A DNA stretch of 64,000 nt from Macrostomum lignano (Eukaryota), in the NCBI GenBank assembly GCA_002269645.1, contig NIVC01001935.1, positions 124,001 to 188,000 of the forward strand, written 5' to 3'. Both the position numbers and the translations under genes were made by a program. The notes beneath the pieces are model-generated. The model was given only the letters and a program-made list of their open reading frames with translations, did not search any database and was not told where the DNA came from. Numbering within the stretch: the first letter of the stretch is position 1; each line of letters opens with the position of its first letter. This document shows, in pieces, positions 25,301-33,753 of this stretch.

Positions 25301-27324
25301 GATGGGAAATTGTGAGGGAGGGATGGGAATAGTGAGGGGAAGTGGGAAGGGAATGGGGAATTGTGGGGGAAGTGATAGGGGAATGGGGAATTGTGAAAGA
25401 GTGATGGTGAAAGTGAGGGGAAGCGGAGGAAATGGGGAATTGTGAGGGGAAGTGGGAGCGAAAGCCAGAAGCAGCAAAACCGGAAACCATTGAACCACAA
25501 CTCTCACCTTGACCTGAGCGGCCACGCTGCACAGGTGGTCGCCGCTGTCTTGGTCGAAGGTGTCAATCTGCAGGCGGAAGGGGACTCCCTTCTCTCCGCC
25601 GTGCTTCCTGGTTGTGAACTCGGTGCTGATGCAGTTGAGCTTCACGCAGGCAGCGCACGGAGCTCCCGGCTGCCACAGGACCTCCACCGCGTTGATGCAG
25701 GCAGGGGAGGCGGCGATCCCGCGCAGGTTGTAGGACAGCGGGATGTCGATGTCGAGAACCCGTTCGCCAGGCCGGTTCTGGCGCCAGCACTCCAGGTGCT
25801 CCTGCTCCATGAACTGCAGGCGCCGGTCGTAGAAGCCGGCTCGAAACTCGCTCTGGGGGTTGCCAGGCGGGGTTGTCGCAGTGACTGGGCTTTTGCCATT
25901 GGCTGCTGCTTAGCTAAATGACCTGCTGATCCCCTCCCTACCTGCTGATCCCCTCCCTACCTGCTGATCCCCTCCCTACCTGCTGATCCCCTCCGTACCC
26001 GCTGATCTCCTCCCCACCTGCTGATCCCCTCCCTGCCTGCTGATCCCCTCTCCACCTGCTGATCTCCTCCCTGCCTGCTGATCCCCTCCCCACCTGCTGA
26101 TCCCCTCCGTACCCGCTGATCCCCTCCGTACCTGCTGATTCCCTCCCTACCTGCTAATCCCCTCCCTACCTGCTGATCTCCTCCCTACCTGCTGATCCCC
26201 TCCCTACCTGCTGATCCCCTCCCTGCCTGCTGATCCCCTCCCTACCTGCTGATCCCCTCCCTACCTGCTGATCCCCTCCGTACCCGCTGATCCCCTCCCT
26301 ACCTGCTGATCCCCTCCGTACCCGCTGATCCCCTCCCTACCTGCTGATCCCCTCCGTACCTGCTGATCCCCTCCCTACCTTTGATCCCCTCCCTACCTGC
26401 TGATCTCCTCCCTACCTGCTGATCCCCTCCCTACCTTTGATCCCCTCCCTACCTGCTGATCTCCTCCCTACCTGCTGATCCCCTCCCTACCTTTGATCCC
26501 CTCCCTACCTGCTGATCCCCTCCCTACCTGCTGATCCCCTCCCTACCTTTGATCCCCTCCCTACCTGCTGATCCCCTCCCCACCTGCTGATCCCCTCCCT
26601 ACCTTTGATCTCCTCCCTGCCTGCTGATCCCCTCTCCACCTGCTGATCTCCTCCCTGCCTGCTGATCCCCTCCCCACCTGCTGATCCCCTCCCCACCTGC
26701 TGATCCCCTCCCAAGATTCTGAATTCTGATCCTACTTAGCCGCTCAGCAACATGCTCAGAAGATTTCTCACTCTAAGATTTCGCGCTATGTCCGCACTGG
26801 CAGAGCAGGACATTGTCACTTCATACGGCTGACCTGCAATTGAGAAACAATTTGAGGATTAGGTGCGGAATTAAAATCAAGAATTAAAATTTTTGTTAAA
26901 CTATAACTGTGGACTCGCCTTGATTCAAATAAGTCAGCGGCTCCTCATTGAGCTTAATCAGGGGCGAGGTGCAGGCAGACAAAGCGAAGTTGAACTGAAG
27001 CTCCGCGCCGCCGACAGACCGCTCCGGACAGGCGAATGACGCAGCGCCGGCATCGTGCTGGGCGGTGGTGGCAAGCTTGAATGGAGCCAGCGGCAATGGC
27101 AGGACCACGGGCGGCTCTGCAGATGCGACTACAGGTGACAACAGATGGAGCTGCTGAATTTGATCTGGCCCAGCAACCAGACTGATCAGCTGGTTCTCAA
27201 AGCCGGCTACAGTTAGCAATGGCGGGATCATTGGCTGCCACTCGCCAGTCTGGAATCCTGGCCTGAGTTGCACAAAGCCTGCAGCTGAGCCCTGTGCCAG
27301 GGGCAGAGGTCCGTTGGCTGACAT
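19379..27324 (-). CDS. TFCP2: CP2/LSF (TFCP2/gemini-like) transcription factor, 7 coding exons
   Basis: Exons 26919-27324 (EPLTYLNQG), 26772-26833 (GQPYEVTM), 25508-25852 (FYDRRLQF; CISTEFTTRKHGGEKGVPFRLQIDTF), 23908-24191 (VFKPKGADRKHKMD), 22666-23045 (SAM-like WLQRHRF...GTDLLRL), 21255-21397, 19379-19492 (ends TGA). Phases all agree and the motifs are hallmark CP2-family sequences. Confidence 0.93.
19520..20930. repeat. 23-bp minisatellite (GCCTCACCTGTGCCTGTCTCAGG), last TFCP2 intron
   Basis: About 60 units. Confidence 0.98.
21381..21820. repeat. 44-bp tandem repeat containing the TFCP2 exon-6 acceptor
   Basis: 10 essentially identical units GTACACCGGGTGGAACACTGCAATATTGGGTCAGGGGTCATTGG; the first overlaps the exon. 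Confidence 0.98.
21817..22497. repeat. 16-bp minisatellite (CATAGGGTCACTGGGT)
   Basis: About 42 units. Confidence 0.98.
23120..23365. repeat. 24-bp minisatellite, block 1 (CCAGTCCAAGGAGTGACGGAAACC)
   Basis: About 10 units. Confidence 0.93.
23700..23875. repeat. 24-bp minisatellite, block 2 (same family as 23120-23365)
   Basis: About 7 units in the same orientation. Confidence 0.93.
24285..25460. repeat. 21-bp G-rich minisatellite (GGGAATTGTGAGGGAGGGATG)
   Basis: About 55 units. Confidence 0.96.
25921..26712. repeat. 20-bp minisatellite (CCTGCTGATCCCCTCCCTAC)
   Basis: About 39 units. Confidence 0.97.
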
Positions 27325-28010
27325 GGTCAGTTCAGTCAGTGTGACTCAAGTTAGAACATGAGATGCAAAGCCACATTGAGTTTAACACTCAGTAGGGAGT
27401 GTAAAGCGTTGCTCAAAGAGAAACAAACTTATTCTATGAATCCAAATACAAAAGTTTTCACATCTTTCATTTTTTGCTTAGCATGTAGCAGACAGACCTT
27501 GAATTCCCCTTAATCAGATTTAGCTATTAAAAATAATAGGTCTGTAAGCTTACACAAAAGAGTAAATAAATTATTATATGCAGCAAAAAATATAAAAAAG
27601 AATGTATTGTATATTGTAGACTAACTAGACTTCATATAACATTACAATTTTAAGCTATACCAAATCAAAGACATTATGTAAAATTATATTAAAAATATTC
27701 AAATCATATATTATGTATTAAAATTCACATTGCAAATCAATCAAATTAGTTGCACATAATTTAAAATAAAAGCATAAGTCTGCCAGTTTTGATATGAAAG
27801 TAAATTTCTTTGTGGTCTCTTTAACCTTTGTGGCTGTGTAGGTTTATAGCCAAACCATTTAATAGTATAACAAATTGGTTCAAAACTATATCATTAGTCA
27901 AAACAATGCGAAATAAATTGTGAGTTAAATTTCTTTTATGACTTGATTCTTTATGCCATAAAAACCAGAAGCTTATGAGTTTGACAGGACTCTTTCAGCT
28001 AATTCAAAAT

Positions 28011-28261
28011 CAAGAACTACTTAACAGCTCAGGACGTTACACTCGCGAACCGCTTGCTTTAGCTGTGTCTATGGCTTTTTAATAGCCTTTTCAATAAAGA
28101 AACAAGTGCTAAAATATATCTAGTGATAGATAATTATAATTTTTTCGCGTTATAATATTTATTTTCACAACTATACAAACAGCTAAAGCAAGTGGCCTTT
28201 TCTAGAATTTCTACCATTCGCGACCGCGAGTGTAACGCCCTGAGTTGTTAAGTAGTCCTTG
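28011..28261. mobile_element. MITE (~251 bp) with ~40-bp imperfect TIRs
   Basis: CAAGAACTACTTAACAGCTCAGGACGTTACACTCGCG at the left end and its near-complement CGCGAGTGTAACGCCCTGAGTTGTTAAGTAGTCCTTG at the right end. Degenerate 8-bp flanks TTCAAAAT / TTCAACTT. Confidence 0.7.
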
Positions 28262-30685
28262 TTCAACTTTCTCTAAAATAAACGAACGAAGACCAGAAAA
28301 AATGACAAACGTAATGTATTATAATATAGTATTAGCTAGTATACATTGACAAATAATTAGGAAATGAAATTATTATCAACGATTCAAGTAACATTGTCCT
28401 AGAAAAGAAAGCACTCCTAAAGCGATTGCGATATTCTCAAATATTGCTTGTCATTAAATACACAGCGGAAGGTGGTGGCGGCTTGAGCGCGATAATTTTT
28501 ATTAAATTAAATATCTTCGTTTAAAAAGTTAATGTGCTTAAATAAGCAAAATATCATAAAAATAAAGCACACTTTAAATTATGCTTTTGCTAAGTGTCTT
28601 GCTACTTTTAAGTCACAAGCTAATTTTTTTTCGGTAGTGGGACGTTCTCATTTGTTTAAAAGCATAAGTTAAAAACTACAACACCGTTGACTACAATAAT
28701 GACTCTAAAACACTACAACACACGCGATAAACTACGTGCCAATAAAAGTCCCACGTCAAAAATGTACAGGGATTAGATGGCGTTTTAATACGTGTATTCT
28801 AGCACTTTTTGAATTTAAGGCGTAAAAATTTGTTCTAGCTTTAAAAGATTGGTTATAGTTATACCAATTGCAACTAGACCCCCTATATTGAAGTACATGT
28901 ATGCATAGCATAGCATAGGAATAGTTCACTCATTTTGGATTAAAGATCATTTGTATTAAAGAATAAAGATCACTTGTAGCAAAGTGTACCCCCTGATTGT
29001 CATTTATTTTTACCTTGGTTTTTTGTCTTTTCATATACTTTGGGTGTGTCAAAGTTTGTCACTGTATACCTGTCTAGATTATATAGGCATAGGCCTATAC
29101 ACTTGTGGGTAGTGCAGCTACAAATTATATTTAGTGTAAGCTATACCAGTGCATTTAACTTTAAGATGCATTAGGTGTTTACAGACCAACCTATTGGAAG
29201 AGTTTAATAAGTAGATTTAGCAGGGACAGCACAATCAAAATTTGTCTATGCAGCAAATAATAATCATCATGAATCTTGACAAGATGCCTGCAACCAAGCA
29301 GATCTGCAAGGTGTTTAGTAGCTGGGGTTTGAAATTTGAATGACAACCTAAACTGCCTGGTTGCTAAGGATGAAACCTGGTTCCACCTGGATGGCAAGGG
29401 CAGCAAGGCAGACATGTTGGTACTCATGTTGGGTTGGATAAAGTACCCATCAGCACTCTGCTCCAAAAGCAGTGCCTTGCCATGCCAATAGAAGCACAAT
29501 GCTGCATCCCAAAGCAACTGTTGAGTTGAACTACTAGTGATTGCGCCAATGTATCTTTGTGGCTCTTATATGTAGACTAAAAATTGGCAATTCGATATAG
29601 ATAAACATGTCATTATAGATAAAAGACTATGATAAAAATCTACAATAAATCAACAAAAATCAACAGCTTTAGATATTGGTTATTAACTTAAAAATATCTA
29701 ACAGTAAAATAACTATTTATATCCTGGTTTGACCTTACAAAAGAGACCTAAGGATGCCATTGCCAAACATGCATTGAACAAAGACCTAGCACAATCCACA
29801 ATGTTCTCATTGATTGCCTTTAGCTGCAACAGAAGCTTGATAGAAATAGCAGTACAGTTAGAAGCAGAAGCTTGAGCTTTAGAGCTGGGGTGCAATGGCC
29901 AAAATTCATGTCAAATTAGGCTTCTAGAAATGTCTGTGCAAGTGCAGACTTCAATCGCTAGGCTGATTTTATCAGATCACTTGTCAAAGCAGATGTAAAT
30001 TGATTACAATCATAAAAAATGGACAATAAAAACTACATTAATAGTTTGCTAATATAGTAAATATAGTAACTAATTAGAGATTTAGTATATTTGCAATAAA
30101 ACAAAAAAACAGGAAAGAAACAAACAATACACAATTTCTTAACATCAATATTTTTAATAAAATAGTACTTGATGAGATAAAGTAGGCCTAAATGAACAGG
30201 AGCTAAAGTTATTTTTATATTTACCACTGTCATCAACAAGTACTACCAATCTAATTGCAAGCTCTTCAATGCAGGTAGGCCTACACCATCAATGTAAAAC
30301 CAATTTTTGCCCTGAAGCAACAACATAGATGTAACCCTATGAATGTGAAAATAAAACAATAAGGGTAAACTCTCCTTTACTATTGTGTCTAAGAACATGT
30401 CTAAGTGACAGAAACAATAAATGGCCAGATTAAAAAAAACAAATGATGGAAGAGTTAAGAACTTACATTCCACTGCTCAATGGTATGCGGTGGGTTATGG
30501 CTATGTTGGCTCTAAAGACAATTGGCACACAGTTGCAAAAAGTGGCACAAGGTGCACCAAAAAATGTGTACTATGAGCTGAATTGAATCATACATGCGCA
30601 ACTTCTGAAATTACGCTGGCCGTGCGACTTAGTTTTCGATCAAAAATGCGACTTACCTATGTAAGAAAGCTAAACAAAGAATTGT

Positions 30686-30750
30686 GGGTAAACGGCAGGA
30701 GTAACTATGACCATATTTTAAAGGCTAAATGCCTCGCCAGCTAATTAGTG
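30686..30750 (+). other. Diverged 65-nt 28S rRNA fragment (H68-H71 region, R2/I-PpoI target); not an rRNA gene
   Basis: GGGTAAACGGCAGGAGTAACTATGAC-14 nt-TAAATGCCTCGCCAGCTAATTAGTG. Against the canonical 28S sequence as recalled, the flanks match 25/26 and 22/25 and the core matches 5/14. Confidence 0.85.
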
Positions 30751-31179
30751 CAGATTTCGCGGTTTTTATTACAGCTAATCAGTATATCATAGTGGCGGCC
30801 TGAGGCAATTAGTAATGATGACAATGAGTAAAGACATGTAATGACAAAAGTCATTATTCATGAATGTCTAGAAGTAAGTGAAGTGAATACAGTGTGGCCT
30901 ATAGCTCAAGAATAATTTCACTTGCTAGACGATTTGGCATGGAAGATGAGAGCCCTGATTCAGATGGCTCATCAGATGCAGAATACAAATCCAGTAGAGA
31001 TACAAGCTGTGAAAACCCACAGATTTTGAAACCACTGAATTCCAATTCCCGGAACTATTTTGCATAGATTCTTAAATTTGAAGTCATGCTCAAACAAAAA
31101 CTTGTTAACAGTTAGGAAAAAGGCAAACAAGGATGGGAGTAAATGCATGTTAAATTAAGATTTGAGGCCTTTGCAAATT

Positions 31180-31885
31180 CTCTCCTTTCCTCAATCTTCT
31201 CATCCTCTTTTTCTTTTCTCTCTCATCCCTCATCCCTTCTCTCCTTCCTCTCCTCTCTCCTCTCTTTCCTCCTCTCTTATCTCTTCTGTCTCCTGTCTAC
31301 ATTCTTATCTCTCCTCTCGTCTCTCTCCACTTCACTCTACTCTCTCATCTTATCTCTCCTCTCGTCTCTCTCCACTCAACTCTCTCATCTCATCTCTCCT
31401 CTCTTCTCTACTCTCTTATCTCTCCTCTCTTCACTCTCCTCTTATCTCCTCCTTATCCTCTCTTCTCTCGTCTACTCTCTTATCTCCTTTCTTCTCTCCT
31501 CTTTCCTCTTTCCTCTCTTTTCTGATCTCATCCATCATCATATCTTTCCTCTTTCCTCTCATCTCTCTCATCTCTCTCCTCCCTCAGCTTTTCTCTCATC
31601 TTCTATCTTTTCTCCCATTGCATCGCTCGCCTCTCCTCTGTTTGCTTATCTCTAATCTTCTATTCCCTCTACTTTGAAGTAAGAAAATATGCACACATTT
31701 TTGCTGAAGATAAGAGGAGAGAAGAGGGCATTGAGGAGAAAGGGTAGAGAGAAAGGGGGAGAAAGGAGAGGGGAGAAGAGAGGAGAGTAAAAATGAAAGG
31801 AGAGAGAAGAGGGAAAAGGGAGAGAGAGAGAAGAGGGGAGGCAAGGTAGAGAAGAAGAGAGAGATGAGAGTTGAAGAGACACTAA
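31180..31885. repeat. Low-complexity CT-rich block followed by a GA-rich block
   Basis: Pyrimidine-rich 31180-31660 and purine-rich 31710-31885. Confidence 0.9.
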
Positions 31886-32099
31886 CCTTGCTAGTTAGAA
31901 AGTTTCAAAGAACCCGAGGGGCGAGGGCCAGATAGAGGGGCTTCGCGAGCTGGACTTTGCCGACCCCTGCTCCGGAGTTAAAGAAATCAATGGGAAACTG
32001 TTGACATAGGCTGCTGATTTCAAAGATCTTGTCTATGGTTGAAGGCTTCTATTCTGTTTTTTTTGCTCTCCTGCCACACTTGCACCTACTACCCCTTGA

Positions 32100-33180
32100 T
32101 CGCCTCTGATTGCGACTTACTTCCCTCTTATTGCGACTTAGTTGCTCCTTTTGCAACTTACCTAACCCTTTTGCGACTTACCTAATCCTTTTTGCGACTT
32201 ACCTAATCCTTTTGCGACTTACCCAATCCTTTTTGCGACTTACCTAATCCTTTTGCGACTTGACCTAATCCTTTTTGCGACTTAGTTGCTCCTTTTGCGA
32301 CTTACCTAATCCTTTTTGCAACTTAGTTGCTCCTTTTGCGACTTACCTAACCCTTTTGCGACTTACCTAATCCTTTTTGCGACTTACCTAATCTTTTTGC
32401 GACTTGACCTAATCCTTTTTGCGACTTAGTTGCTCCTTTTGCGACTTACCTAACCCTTTTGCGACTTACCTAATCCTTTTGCGACTTACCTAATCCTTTT
32501 TGCGACTTGACCTAATCCTTTTTGCAACTTAGTTGCTCCTTTTGCGACTTACCTAATCCTTTTGCGACTTACCTAATCCTTTTTGCGACTTACCTAATCC
32601 TTTTGCGACTTACCTAATCCTTTTTGCGACTTAGTTGCTCCTTTTGCGACTTACCTAACCCTTTTGCGACTTACCTAATCCTTTTGCGACTTACCTAATC
32701 CTTTTTGCGACTTGACCTAATCCTTTTTGCGACTTAGTTGCTCCTTTTGCGACTTACCTAATCCTTTTGCGACTTACCTAATCCTTTTTGCGACTTACCT
32801 AATCCTTTTGCGACTTACCTAATCCTTTTTGCGACTTACCTAATCTTTTTGCGACTTGACCTAATCCTTTTTGCGACTTAGTTGCTCCTTTTGCGACTTA
32901 CCTAATCCTTTTGCGACTTACCTAATCCTTTTTGCGACTTACCTAACCCTTTTGCGACTTACCTAATCCTTTTGCGACTTACCTAATCCTTTTTGCGACT
33001 TGACCGAATCCTTTTTGCAACTTAGTTGCTCCTTTTGCGACTTACCTAATCATTTGTGCAACTTAATTTGCTTCTGCTGCAACTTGTTTTTCTTTTGCTT
33101 CACCATTTTACTTCCCTATATTGCTCTTTCCTCTTGCATTTTTTCGTTTTTGGTCAACTCAATTTTGCGACTTACCCTGG
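32100..33180. repeat. 20-22-bp minisatellite (TTTTGCGACTTACCTAATCCT) inside the TIR element
   Basis: About 45 units with a TTAGTTGCTCC variant. Confidence 0.96.
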
Positions 33181-33484
33181 TCCACCACAATTTACGGTGG
33201 CCGGATCGGCCAGCTCGGCCAGCAGTTGCGCATGTATGATTGAATGCAGGTACCCATTGGCTTTGCAAATTTGCCATAGGCCACTTGATCATGTCTTTGT
33301 TGCTCCTCCCAGCCTGTTTCGGCAGCCTTAATGCATTCCTCATAGTAACTATTTAGTTCCTCATAGTTATCACAGGGTGGCTCATTAGCTGGTAATGTAG
33401 CTGTAACTGTCGCAGCTTTTTGGCCAGGCTGCATGCTGATATGAAAAGAAAAGACTCTAAGAATCCTACTTCTCTTGTCTCCCT

Positions 33485-33753
33485 ATTGCAGCGCATGGCT
33501 TAAGTACGCCAGACGCCTACACAACCTGCGCCACGCTGTGAAATGACTTACCTGTGAAAGAAACCTAAAGCAAAGTTAACGCAGTTTTGGGTAAACGGCA
33601 GGAGTAACTATGACTGTCTTATCAAGCCTAAATGCCTCGGCATCTAATTAGTACTGCGCCGCGCCGTACTAATCGCCGCGCGCGTATGCGCCGCGCCGCG
33701 CCGTATTAGATCCGCGCCGGACGCCGTCCGCCAAAATGCCCATGCGCTGCAAT
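33485..33753. mobile_element. MITE-like element (269 bp) carrying a 28S-derived segment
   Basis: 14-bp inverted repeat ATTGCAGCGCATGG (33485-33498) / CCATGCGCTGCAAT (33740-33753), with GC-rich GCGCC repeats near the right end. No convincing TSD. Confidence 0.55.
33589..33653 (+). other. Second diverged 65-nt 28S rRNA fragment; not an rRNA gene
   Basis: GGGTAAACGGCAGGAGTAACTATGAC-14 nt-TAAATGCCTCGGCATCTAATTAGTA. Flanks match recalled 28S 25/26 and 22/25; core matches 7/14. Confidence 0.85.

Larger units (their letters stand above)
30589..33238. mobile_element. Non-autonomous TIR DNA transposon (2.65 kb), CA...TG termini and 7-bp TSD (P-superfamily-like)
   Basis: Perfect 15-bp TIR CATACATGCGCAACT (30589-30603 and 33224-33238), flanked by the direct repeat ATTGAAT (30582-30588 and 33239-33245). 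Confidence 0.7.
29190..33437 (-). pseudogene. Degenerate Mutator/Foldback-like (NOF-type) transposase remnant, interrupted by the 30589-33238 insertion
   Basis: Fragments lie in the expected order on the minus strand: Cys-containing N-terminal piece (33434-33246 continuing at 30581), WFYIDGVG (~30290, first-Asp-like), IVDCARSLFNA (~29790, second-Asp-like), LGCRHLV (~29290, SWIM-like). Many stops; the assignment rests on motif resemblance only. Confidence 0.35.

Noticed and set aside
30640-30750. Box C/D or H/ACA snoRNA explanation for the rRNA complementarity
   Set aside because: The match is far longer than guide elements and no C/D or H/ACA boxes frame it; a covariance search was not run.
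30686-33653. rRNA gene call for the 28S-like segments
   Set aside because: Only 65 nt each, with a diverged core and no flanking rDNA.
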